Shown here one piece after another: positions 31,343-40,923 of a DNA stretch of 64,000 nt. Below the pieces are notes generated by a model. The model was not told the origin of the DNA, searched no databases, and was given only the letters and a program-made list of their open reading frames with translations. The stretch covers positions 2,880,001 through 2,944,000 of the forward strand of contig CM000208.1 of assembly GCA_000002445.1 (NCBI GenBank). The letters are read 5' to 3'. This DNA comes from Trypanosoma brucei. Its lineage: Eukaryota. A program made the translations under genes and the position numbers. Every line of letters begins with the position of its first letter. Within the stretch, counting starts at the first letter, position 1.

Positions 31343-32149
31343 ATGAGGCGAGTGGTAGTGGATTTGAGGCCGAAGGAGTGTTACGACGAGGGTCACTTGG
31401 AAGGGGCGTTCAGCTTCCCGTGGGAGGATATACAGAACGAGTCTTGTGGGCTACCACCGCGTGAAACTTTGCTCACCGCCATCGTAGACGAGCGAATAGA
31501 CCAAGGAAGTGTTACGGCATACCTTTCCCGCCTTCAGTACGCGGCGTTGGAGGTAAGGATGTTGGGACAGCACGAAGAGATGGTTCGCCGGCCACCGGAA
31601 GGTTTTTGTTGGGTTCCAAACCCTTTTCTCGTGAGCGTGTTGCGGTTTGTGGAAGAGTCGAGTAGCGGTATCTCGTTTGCACTTGACATTGGCTCCGGCA
31701 GCGGAAGGGATATGGTCTTCCTGGCCTCCCGTGGGTGGCATGTTGTTGGAATCGAGAACCGGAGGCGGCTTATTTGGCAAGGGGAGACGCTTGCCCGCAA
31801 ACACGACGTCTCGGGGCGGGTGGCCTATTTGCACAGTGACATCAAGGAGGCTTACCCAGTAAGAAGTGGGTCGGTGGACCTGGTGCATGTCTGCCGCTTC
31901 TTGCACAGGCCGTCCCTCAGCCGCTTGCTTGAACTTCCACGCCGCGGCGGCCATCTCGTGTACAGTCACTTCCTTGAGGGCTGCCAACACACCAAAGTCG
32001 GCCACCCTTCGTCACCCGCTGGTTTCTGGAGAAGGGGCGAACTGCGATCACTGCTGGAGGATGCCGGTTACGACGTGATCCATGAGGAGGAAACGACGCT
32101 TCCAGACACGAGGCCATTTTTGCACATTCTTGCCAGGCGGGCAGTCTGA
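31343..32149 (+). CDS. Rhodanese-like domain fused to a TehB-like SAM-dependent methyltransferase. It is the last gene of the + strand transcription unit. The ORF-track start at 31253 is GTG; the first ATG after the polyY/AG at 31266-31279 is at 31343.
   Basis: VVDLRPKECYDEGHLEGAFSFPWEDI is a rhodanese motif. FALDIGSGSGRDMVFLASRGWHVVGIE is SAM methyltransferase motif I, TehB-like. The upstream sequence cctttcttttag gives the splice signal. Confidence 0.65.
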   Translation: MRRVVVDLRPKECYDEGHLEGAFSFPWEDIQNESCGLPPRETLLTAIVDERIDQGSVTAYLSRLQYAALEVRMLGQHEEMVRRPPEGFCWVPNPFLVSVLRFVEESSSGISFALDIGSGSGRDMVFLASRGWHVVGIENRRRLIWQGETLARKHDVSGRVAYLHSDIKEAYPVRSGSVDLVHVCRFLHRPSLSRLLELPRRGGHLVYSHFLEGCQHTKVGHPSSPAGFWRRGELRSLLEDAGYDVIHEEETTLPDTRPFLHILARRAV

Positions 32150-33573
32150 TGACGGACACGTAAAAGCCACAACGCCCCCAGCGATCTTAAAGTTTGGAAT
32201 GTGGTCCGAGCAACGCCCACGAGCGTAGGGCCGAACCATCCATCAGTGATGGGAGGGCGCTTGTGGTCCAGGAAGCGCAATAAGCACCGACGATGTGAGG
32301 GACGGTACCCACTCTGTCACTCGTATGCTTGTGCCTACTCGGGCGTTGATTCCGTTTGCTTTTTTCTAACATTTGCGCCCGTTAAAGGCAAAGTAGTGAA
32401 GTAATCTCCCCTTCCAAAGAAAGAAAAAAAAAAGGAAAACCACAAATCCCTTTGGGTGGAAGGTGTGGCCGGTTCAACCACTTCATTCCGCTATGCTGCC
32501 TTGAAGTCTCCGCGGAAGCGGAGGCTACTTGTTCGCGCCTTTCTGTGGCGAAAATGAAAATTACTAAACCTCAAGTTTGGCGTCCCCACCACTCAAGCCA
32601 TGCCTTGTTTCCTCTCTGTCGTCCGCAGCCGTTTCATGGAGCTCCGCCAGGAGGAGCCAAGCTCGCAACAACGCAGCAATTTTGTGCCTAAGAGTCCCAA
32701 TCCATCCGCATTAATGCCGCTCCCGGGCGCCGGCATCCAGCCCATTTGCCCCCAGCTCCCAAATGCTAACCATGCGGAAACGGAGAGAAGCGCGATTCAA
32801 GCTGGCAGGCATGCATTTTTCGCTACCAAATTCAGCAGCCGGCCCCATACCGCGGTGACGGCCAGGATGAGTGAAGGTAAGTCAGCCACCCTTGGCTACA
32901 CTTTTTTGCTTCTCTGGGCTCTCTTAAGCCCTCACCTACTAATCCCACCCCCCAAAAAACAACAGTGCACCTGTCCAACCGGACCCGCCCAGTGACCCCT
33001 GCCTTCTACAAGTACGGTTATACAAGATTTGAAAAAAGGAAGTGAAGAGGGATATCGCTCCACAGGCATGTACGGTGCCGCCAACGCGGATGCGGGAAAG
33101 CCAGCAATGAAAAGGGAAGAGGGTTGGATCCCATCCGTTTAACGAGGTTCTGCAGTTCGTGCTCCTACCTTATCGGTAATTGGACATTTGTCCTTTCTTT
33201 CCTTTTAGGGGATGCTTGAGGGGGGGAAGGTCCACCAGCGGTATCGCTAAGGGCGGGTGGCGCGTGTCAACACGCTCAGGGGGTTTAGACTGCGACGACA
33301 AGGTGCCGACAACCGGCGGTTCTGTGTCATGGCTCGCTTCCCCAACTTCGTTCCCGTTTGCATCCGTAGCGGTAAACAAAAATACAACCGGAGGCAAACC
33401 GTGCGGCAACCGGTGAAGCGGGGATAGGATGCTGCTTGCTTTTTGCACTGCTCCACGACTTTCCGTCAATCCAGTCCAGTCGATTACATGTTGCTTCACA
33501 AAAACCCACGGCTAGTTCGTGCGAAAACGGCATCGAAACTACAGAACAGTCGCGACGTCCTTCCTCAGCTGAC
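32150..33573. other. Convergent strand-switch region where + strand and - strand polycistronic units meet. It is a presumptive RNA Pol II termination zone with no credible ORF.
   Basis: All genes left of 32149 are on + and all genes right of 33574 are on -. Only short overlapping ORFs with no coding signal lie between them. Confidence 0.65.
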
Positions 33574-34689
33574 TCACCGCTTGCCGCATGTTGCGTATAA
33601 CCGTCCTCTACGAACCTTGAAGCGCGAAGGTCTGTACTGCTTTTTCTCACCGAAGTACTCACGCAACTGCGCATACTCCTCCTCCTTAACATTGTGAATC
33701 ATCAATGAACTGTGACTAAGAGGCCCCACCCAACCCTTTCCGTGAAGGTTATGAAAACGGCACATTGGCTCGCCGACGAACAAGGGCTGGTAACCCATTT
33801 CGTAGAGTACACGCCCCATAAGTAAGTCTTCGTGTTGCATGTACAGGGAGGTAAATTCATCCTCCCGCTCTTTGCTGTACGGCACGTCGACAAGTTTCTT
33901 TAGGGGTTCGTATGTCAGGAATTGTTCTATCACCTCTCTCGAAGCGGTGTAAAGACCCCCAGTTGCGAACAACAAAGGCATGAAGCGTGCGTTAACAATG
34001 TTCCCCCAATATAAACGGCGACGTGGTAGAGCACGAAGGTCAGCAAGGTACTGCGGGGTGTGCACAAACATGTCGTCATCCGACTTGGCAACATAATTAA
34101 CATTAGGGAGGAGCCGCAGCATCAGACTAAACCACTTGTACATTTTACGACTCATACCGATCTCAGCATCGGGGCCCCAGTACCTGCCGTCCTGTCCAAT
34201 TACCTTGTTCGTACTTACACGGCCCTCCTTGATTGGGAGAGCGATGATATCTTGCCAACGCAACCCCTCCTCCACTAACTGGGGCGAATGCGTGTAGTTA
34301 TGATCTGGATGGCGCGCGAGAACAAAGGTAACGAGCAAATCTCCAGTAAAGTTATTACTCCTCCTCGCGACGCCTTGGTATTGCCAGCAGGTCAAACGCT
34401 GAAGATGGCGCCTGCGTCGTCTCACGGCATTATCGGGCGACAATACACCGAGCATGACGAGGAAATTTCGTTCCCTCCACGCACGCACAACATCCGGGGG
34501 CACGTACTGCAGAGACTCCCGATCCTTTTCGGTATAGTCGAACTCCGGGAGTGGCGGGGGGGCCGAGAAGCTCGCTTGGGAGGCCTCCCGTACAATACGT
34601 TTGCTCCTCGTTGAAAAAATCAATAGGATTGCCACGAAAGTAAGGCAGACGAGGATCAGTCCCCTCCTACTCAAAATTTGTCCAACCAT
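33574..34689 (-). CDS. Type II membrane UDP-Gal/UDP-GlcNAc-dependent glycosyltransferase (GT31, beta-1,3-glycosyltransferase-like). It is the last gene of the - strand transcription unit.
   Basis: There is an N-terminal signal anchor (LILVCLTFVAILLIF), a galactosyltransferase-family core, and the DxD motif in YVAKSDDDMFV. Architecture is like the multigene GT family of African trypanosomes. Confidence 0.8.
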   Translation of the reverse strand: MVGQILSRRGLILVCLTFVAILLIFSTRSKRIVREASQASFSAPPPLPEFDYTEKDRESLQYVPPDVVRAWRERNFLVMLGVLSPDNAVRRRRRHLQRLTCWQYQGVARRSNNFTGDLLVTFVLARHPDHNYTHSPQLVEEGLRWQDIIALPIKEGRVSTNKVIGQDGRYWGPDAEIGMSRKMYKWFSLMLRLLPNVNYVAKSDDDMFVHTPQYLADLRALPRRRLYWGNIVNARFMPLLFATGGLYTASREVIEQFLTYEPLKKLVDVPYSKEREDEFTSLYMQHEDLLMGRVLYEMGYQPLFVGEPMCRFHNLHGKGWVGPLSHSSLMIHNVKEEEYAQLREYFGEKKQYRPSRFKVRRGRLYATCGKR

Positions 34690-35595
34690 GCTGGGGTCCT
34701 TTCTTTCCTTGTGTGGTGGGGCGGTGCAAGAGGGGATGAGGAGACGGATAATAGTTGAAGAGGAAGGATGCGAGGCGGGCGGTTACGCTTCCACTGAAAC
34801 AAGTAATGCCACACACAACCCCAACGGAACCCAATGATTCACTGTCGAATTAATCAACAATAATGCCAATCACAAGCACCATGAGCAACGAACGATATCA
34901 CCTTCTACCAAATCAGGCGCACCAACAACAACGCGTTCTGTCACACACAACAGATGTGTGCTGATTGGGTAAACCTGCTAGAACTCCCTCAACGGTTAGC
35001 AGCTAAACAATTGAAGGCGTCCGCATTACACAACCCCTCGACAACCGCAAAAAGATTTACAATGTTCCTGACCATTCACCGTTCTTGCAGGAGACGCAGC
35101 AAATGACTGCCATCCGTTCCCTCCCCGTACCATTCGGCGTCAACGTTGCCTTCGGTATCGCACTGGGGAACCTTGCTAACAGCGCCACCAACCCAACAAT
35201 TAGAACCGCCAGCAATACTTCACCTGGTTGCCGACTTTACTGCACGGTGGCGCCCACACGCTGAAGAAAAACAGTCGCGATGCAAGTAGAGGTTTACTCA
35301 TAAACTGGGCAACTTTGGATAAATGGTTGTACATTCGTGCCTCAGTAGTGACGAGCGGAACACAACTGCCCATACACCTACGCAGTGCGATAGAGCGCAG
35401 CGACTTGGTTGTCACCACAACCCGCGACTGCTCACCGTGGCCACCATTACCCGAATGCGAGGGGTTCGGATTCCTTGCACGTATATGGCGTCACAATCTT
35501 TACTTAGCGGTTGTCCTTTCGTCCAGGGCGGGAAAAAAAAAACACCCAAGCGAAGCGGCTTTCCAACCGACGCATTCCAAGAAACTTTTGATTGG

Positions 35596-35997
35596 CTAGT
35601 ACCCCGGCGGACGAGGGAGGTTCTGCACGCCTCTCACGACAGCACCTGCGCCATCTATGGGGGTGATGCCCCATAGCCTGTAGCGCAGGTAGCAAAAGGC
35701 AAAGTAAAGCAGAATCATAATTGGGCCCAAGACTGAGATGTTTGCCACCGTCAGCAATTTCTTAATTTTGAACTTTTGGTCCACGGGCACTTTCTCAAGT
35801 TTATCTTCGAAAACGGACAGCTCCTCCTTGCGCTGTTTCCATCGGCGGTAGGACCAGCGATTGATAGGGTGGCTATCCTTACTTACCTCCCAATAGCCGC
35901 GCTCGCGTAGTGTATCTTTCTTCAATGTTTTGTTGAATGCGTAAAGGCGCTCGGCGTTAATTCTTCCCATTGCGCCTTTGCGCACAAAGTTAGCCAT
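35596..35997 (-). CDS. Small hypothetical protein of 133 aa with one C-terminal transmembrane helix.
   Basis: It has an ATG start preceded on the coding strand by a polyY tract (ctgtccttctcctttccctctttcattctc) and AG sites. The N-terminus is basic and a hydrophobic helix VLGPIMILLYFAFCYL is present. It sits in a 1.5 kb gap otherwise free of genes. Confidence 0.4.
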   Translation of the reverse strand: MANFVRKGAMGRINAERLYAFNKTLKKDTLRERGYWEVSKDSHPINRWSYRRWKQRKEELSVFEDKLEKVPVDQKFKIKKLLTVANISVLGPIMILLYFAFCYLRYRLWGITPIDGAGAVVRGVQNLPRPPGY

Positions 35998-36204
35998 CGG
36001 TGACGATGTCCGCTACTATTTCTTCCTACTGCACGGCGGTCTCCACAGAACACCGAGAATGAAAGAGGGAAAGGAGAAGGACAGTCTCTCACACTCTCTG
36101 TGAAGTGAAAGTGACACACTCCCCGCTCAATTTTTTCTTTAACCATGCCACCAACCCAGCCCCGAACTAAAAAAACAAACAAACGTTACCCAAAGGCCGA
36201 CTAT

Positions 36205-36221
36205 ACACACACACACACACA
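36205..36221. repeat. (AC)n microsatellite.
   Basis: The sequence reads acacacacacacacaca. Confidence 0.8.
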
Positions 36222-36268
36222 AATGCGGAGAGTAGTGACTGCACCAACGCAAGCAGCACCCCTTCCGC

Positions 36269-39037
36269 TCATTTCATGTTTTGTCGATGGGCCTTGCTCT
36301 TTAAGTGCTGTTCCCACACGCGCACTGCAACGTTTCGGCGGCAAACCCTACACATGACCTTTCCCGCCTTACGAGGGTTGGTAACTTCGTCCCTCGACAC
36401 GTGCCGTGGGGGCACACGATCCTTTCTTAAGTTCCGCGGGTCTTCCATACGTTCATGCTTCAAGGGATAACCAGGAAAGTGAGTGTCTAGATACTCCTGG
36501 AAGTTGTTCTTCTGACGGTCCTCGTAGAGCGCTTTAAAGCGATCATACGAGTCTGTGATGAAGGTAGCTTCCCCTGGGAGAATCTTTCCATCCTTGTCAC
36601 GTCCTTTCTTCCATTTGAGCCCGAAAGGTTTGCAGAGCCTGTCGAGCTGCTTCTGCTTGGCGGGGTCTAGTCGCAGTTTGGTGCATGCATCGCACTGGTT
36701 AACGTGCATCAGCACACCGCAGAGCCTCTCGAACGGGGTCGCATCCAGCCCAATGTAGCCGCCCTTGTGCACGTCGAGTGGAGGCACACTTCCATGGGCC
36801 TCCAGATACTCGCGAAGAGTATTCAAACACTCCTCCCACGGGTATGGACCGTGGAGTCCGTAAGTCCGCCACAGAGGGAGTGATTCCAGGTCGCGTATTT
36901 GGTGCATCCTCAAACAGGAGGGTTCTTTGTCCAAGTACTGACGGTATCCCTTTCGGCAGTAACGGTAAAAGAGAGCCATTGAAACCGATTTCTTTCCAAT
37001 AACCCAAGCATCGTTTGTTTTGGGATATCTATTGCACTCTAGCACAATGCGTTTCATTTCGTTGAAGGCATTCTTCCACGGAAGTCGCGTCGCGCGGTGC
37101 AATCGATCCGTGTTCTGGCTTGAGTAGCGCACCCCACGCCTGATGGCGGGAAGAACGAACCTTCGTAGCCGTTCAGATGACAGCTTGAGGGACCTCACAC
37201 CCACGACATCAACGTCGTAGGACACTTTATGAGGGTCAATCAAATACTCAAACAGCAGCGGATCTTCGTCCATCAAAGCATCTGTAAAGGGGACAAGCGT
37301 GGAAAACTTCTCCAGATTGACGGGGTGATCTTCCGGCAGCCTCTTGTTGATGGTGGCGGGAAGGAACACGTAGGAAATGGGCTTGTTTTCCATTTTATTG
37401 AGCGGTCGGCATATACTCTGAACAATGTCACGGGAGCTGTAGCGCGGGGCGGCAAAAAATACGGCGTTGAGGTCGGGAATCTCCACCCCTTCCTGGAGTA
37501 AACGAACGTTTAGCAATAGGCAACGTCTGGATGCTGAAAAATCTCTCAAAACACTAGCAACGGCGGCGCTCCCCATCCGAGAATGGGCGAGCAACACATC
37601 GAAGGGCGTTATATCATCAGGGAGGGGATGCTTCAGATCCGCCGCAAGCTTTGTCGCGTGCTCAATGCACCTACAGTAGACGATCATCTTGTCCACGGTA
37701 TTCATAGCTTCATAAAAGTATGGATTCATGTCATCCATGCTCTCGCCCAATACAATTCGCACCGCAAAAGGGTTCACGTAACCAGCGTCGATGCCCTCCC
37801 GCAAATAGTACCGATACGCTATGTCACCAAACAGATACGTGTTGTCCATTTTTAGTGGCGTATCGTATGCTGGTGTTGCAGTGAGGAATAATCTCCGTCC
37901 GCAGCGAGGTTGGAGGAGGACGTTATTGAAATTAGTGGGTAAGTCACTCCCACAAACGCGGTGACATTCATCAAATACGGTGAGTGCAAAATTTGGCATT
38001 TTTGAGATTATGTGCGAAGACTGATATGTGCTAATAACAATCAAATGTGAGGCACATGAGCTGATGGTGCTCCTAATCAATTCAGCGTCAGTCGTCATGT
38101 TACGAACACAGCCGTCCCCCATGAATATGCTTCCGCTGTCTGACCCTATAAGAAGAAATGGAACATCCTTCAAACCATAGCTATAAAGCTTCCGAGCTGT
38201 CTGCCGCAAAAGCGCAAGGCCTGGAACCAGGTAAAGAATGATGGAATTTGGTTTCATCTCCAAGTGCCGACGAATGAGATCATATGCCACTGGGGTCTTC
38301 CCGCAACGGCACGCCATTTGACAAATTGTGGCGCCACAACTATCGAGCTGCTCAAGGCAACGAGCTACAGCATCCTTTTGATACGGACGAAGCGCCGCCA
38401 AACTAAACGTCTCTTCTCCCAACGCATCCACAACCTCAAAATCACAGCCAATTTCATAGTCTTCCCCGTCTCCTGTCTCAACACTGTTGAAAATATCATC
38501 GTCAGTCGGTGCATCACATGGAGAATTGAGAGAAACCATGGACTCACGAAGCTTTTCCAGTGATCCCATGTACTTTTCCAGGGTGTGCAATTTCGGAGCC
38601 TCCGCCTCACGCCGGGAGTTTTTCTCAGTCGAGATCCGTCCACTGCTCGCATAGTCGGGTGGTAAGCTGTTCTTTTCAATATAAACGGGTGCCATGTTCA
38701 CCAGTGCGTTTAAGTTGAGCGTGCTACAAACACGTCGGGCACCCTCGGTAACATCTTGCGCATCGCCTTTTATAAGCTCTCGCTGTGGGACGCGCCTTTC
38801 TTTGAACAGAAACAGCACAGCTTGTTCAAGGAGGAACGCCTCTTTCATGCTTTCACAACGGAAAACAGCGTAGTACGACCATTCGGGTGTGAAGCACGTT
38901 GTGAACGAAGCCATTTCTAGGCGGCGGGTAAAGTCCGCTGTGCACCCAACCTTCACGTAGCCGGAGCCCGTCAACCATGGGTGGACGGCAACGTAAAAGC
39001 CAAGGCCACACCTAACGAGCACGGTCAGGCGGACCAT
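36269..39037 (-). CDS. Fusion protein of an N-terminal T5orf172 (GIY-YIG-like, MUG113) domain, an SF2 DExH helicase core, and a C-terminal U1/matrin-type C2H2 zinc finger.
   Basis: The N-terminus GLGFYVAVHPWLTGSGYVKVGCTADFTRRLEMAS ... YYAVFRCESMKEAFLLEQAVLFLFKERR fits the T5orf172 pattern. Helicase motifs present are LRPYQKDAV (Q/Ia-like), ACRCGKTPV (Walker A), TVFDECHRV (DExH), LFLTATP (motif III) and QSICRPLNK (motif VI-like). The C-terminus CRVCRRNVAVRVWEQHLKSKAH is a dsRNA-binding-type zinc finger. Confidence 0.7.
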   Translation of the reverse strand: MVRLTVLVRCGLGFYVAVHPWLTGSGYVKVGCTADFTRRLEMASFTTCFTPEWSYYAVFRCESMKEAFLLEQAVLFLFKERRVPQRELIKGDAQDVTEGARRVCSTLNLNALVNMAPVYIEKNSLPPDYASSGRISTEKNSRREAEAPKLHTLEKYMGSLEKLRESMVSLNSPCDAPTDDDIFNSVETGDGEDYEIGCDFEVVDALGEETFSLAALRPYQKDAVARCLEQLDSCGATICQMACRCGKTPVAYDLIRRHLEMKPNSIILYLVPGLALLRQTARKLYSYGLKDVPFLLIGSDSGSIFMGDGCVRNMTTDAELIRSTISSCASHLIVISTYQSSHIISKMPNFALTVFDECHRVCGSDLPTNFNNVLLQPRCGRRLFLTATPAYDTPLKMDNTYLFGDIAYRYYLREGIDAGYVNPFAVRIVLGESMDDMNPYFYEAMNTVDKMIVYCRCIEHATKLAADLKHPLPDDITPFDVLLAHSRMGSAAVASVLRDFSASRRCLLLNVRLLQEGVEIPDLNAVFFAAPRYSSRDIVQSICRPLNKMENKPISYVFLPATINKRLPEDHPVNLEKFSTLVPFTDALMDEDPLLFEYLIDPHKVSYDVDVVGVRSLKLSSERLRRFVLPAIRRGVRYSSQNTDRLHRATRLPWKNAFNEMKRIVLECNRYPKTNDAWVIGKKSVSMALFYRYCRKGYRQYLDKEPSCLRMHQIRDLESLPLWRTYGLHGPYPWEECLNTLREYLEAHGSVPPLDVHKGGYIGLDATPFERLCGVLMHVNQCDACTKLRLDPAKQKQLDRLCKPFGLKWKKGRDKDGKILPGEATFITDSYDRFKALYEDRQKNNFQEYLDTHFPGYPLKHERMEDPRNLRKDRVPPRHVSRDEVTNPRKAGKVMCRVCRRNVAVRVWEQHLKSKAHRQNMK

Positions 39038-39363
39038 TGGCTGCCCTCACAAAACAGTAAAAACGATCGAAAGAAGGTAAGAAAGGGGGAAATATTTTAA
39101 ATTTGTTACAATAAAGGAAGATGATCAAAAATGTAGCAGGGTTGTAGAACAAAACGGTCGCTACAGTTTGCCATAGGTAATGCAACGATCCCCATTTCTA
39201 ACCACTGTGGGTCTTGGTGAACTGCATCCTGAAGCTCCTAGCGAACCAAGAGGGCCGAATCCAAACTACACATCTAAGGATTAAACAAGACCAGAAACTG
39301 CATCTAAGGTGAAAAGGTGTTGGGGCGAGCTAACCGGGGTAATGTCGCCTGTCGTTACGATGG

Positions 39364-40575
39364 TTAGTCCCCAAAGAGGGCTTGTGAAGTGAGGCCCTCA
39401 CCTTCTGAAGGTAATTCTACCCATGATAAATCGTAGACGTAAGAAGCAGGTTGTTCTTTAGTTCCTTCTAGGACCGCCGTGCTGTCGGCGAGCAAGATCA
39501 CGCGAAGAGCAGGGTCTAGTTCCTGGGTTTGTGAAAACGCAACCAACCTTTCCGCAAACCCGCGGTCAGTCACAATCTCACACTCCTTTTCCCATCTCAA
39601 CTTAACCACGGCAAACGCAAAAACCGCACCAAGGTCTTGACAACTCGCACCGCGTAGAAACCCCTCACAACGCCGCATAATAGATTGAATAAACCTCACT
39701 GCCTCCACGCGTTTGGCGTTAAGCGTGCACTTCTCTTGGATCTGCTGCTGCGCCAACTCCTTCAGCATCTGCAAATCTTCTAGTGTCTTTGCGTGACGCG
39801 ATCGCATTAAGATGTCTCGCCTGGCTTCCTCCAGTTTGGTATCATGCGAATACCTCGCAAGCATGGAGAACCCAGCTGTAAGAGCAGACAAATAACAATA
39901 AAGCATGTCGGTATCGGGGAGACCCATCTGCCTACATTCCTGAAGGCGATCCTTCACACCGATTACCGCATTAGAGCCCTTTCCCTCCCCAAGCACAACC
40001 ACAAGCGGTAGGAGGTGCTGGAATTTTGCGTCGGAGAGGGTACAAGTCATCTTACCCCTAGACATGCGCAGAAAGGCTTCGAGCTCTTCCACAACGGCCG
40101 CCGCCGCGGGCTCAAGAACCGGGGATCGCCGCGTACTCCGTAGCAATCTACTGGCACCCTCATACGCACCCTGAGAAGCGTATGCCAGTGCAAGTTCTAT
40201 GGAAGCCATTCGACATTCCGGGGAGTGGAAACTGTACAGTAATTTATTAAGAGAGAAAGCCAACAGAAAAAGCGGAGATAACGCCATAAAATCCAGGAGT
40301 GAGATACCATTGGGGCCGCGCACGCGCTCAACTTCTGCGGAAAGGATACTAATTTTTGCGTGCGGTGACTTTGACGCATCTAAGGCGATGCAGTTGCACA
40401 ACTGGGTGCATTGATCCTCTTTCTCTCTGTAAGCTTCAGAAGAACCTACCGCACCATGCAGGACGCTGTTCTTCGAAGCGGCACCCCGTGCAATGACTAC
40501 TTGAAGTAATTCTACCACTACCTTCCGTTGAAGAATAAGGTGCACCAAGGAGCTGCGCTCTCCACTACTCAACAT
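39364..40575 (-). CDS. Hypothetical alpha-helical protein. The ORF-track start at 40587 is GTG; the ATG is at 40575.
   Basis: An ORF of about 403 codons on the sense strand of the transcription unit with no recognisable catalytic motif. Confidence 0.5.
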   Translation of the reverse strand: MLSSGERSSLVHLILQRKVVVELLQVVIARGAASKNSVLHGAVGSSEAYREKEDQCTQLCNCIALDASKSPHAKISILSAEVERVRGPNGISLLDFMALSPLFLLAFSLNKLLYSFHSPECRMASIELALAYASQGAYEGASRLLRSTRRSPVLEPAAAAVVEELEAFLRMSRGKMTCTLSDAKFQHLLPLVVVLGEGKGSNAVIGVKDRLQECRQMGLPDTDMLYCYLSALTAGFSMLARYSHDTKLEEARRDILMRSRHAKTLEDLQMLKELAQQQIQEKCTLNAKRVEAVRFIQSIMRRCEGFLRGASCQDLGAVFAFAVVKLRWEKECEIVTDRGFAERLVAFSQTQELDPALRVILLADSTAVLEGTKEQPASYVYDLSWVELPSEGEGLTSQALFGD

Positions 40576-40923
40576 TAGGCGATGCACCTTTGGTGAGGTA
40601 AGGTAGAAAGTGAACCATCACAACGAGTTGAAAGATAGCAGCAAAGCAATACCCCAAAGTACGAAAAGCAAAAAAGAAAAAAAGAAAAAAAACGACGAAG
40701 GGGAGTCCCTTCTCCCACCCCTTCGCCTTATCCCCCAAGAATGGAGATAGGGGTGCTGATAAATAATATAGCAGTGGGAGCGATAAACCCCAACAAGCCC
40801 CGGACACCCACCATGCAAGAGGACGGTCGAGACCAAGTTAAAGAAAGTGGGAACAAGAAAATATTTTTGATTAATCATTCTCTGTTCCTAAATTACTCTT
40901 AATTACCTAGCTATTGCTTTTCA

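Noticed and set aside
31451-32005. A 184-aa antisense ORF inside the rhodanese-methyltransferase gene.
   Set aside because: The same artefact as above. The sense frame carries clear rhodanese and methyltransferase motifs and the antisense frame carries none.
32150-33573. A tRNA gene in the convergent strand-switch region.
   Set aside because: I searched both strands for GGTTCGAATCC-like T-arms and TAGCTCAGTTGG-like D-arms. Only weak partial matches were found, such as gccgaaccatcc and gattcaagctgg, which lack A58 and a pairing stem. It cannot be excluded without tRNAscan-SE.
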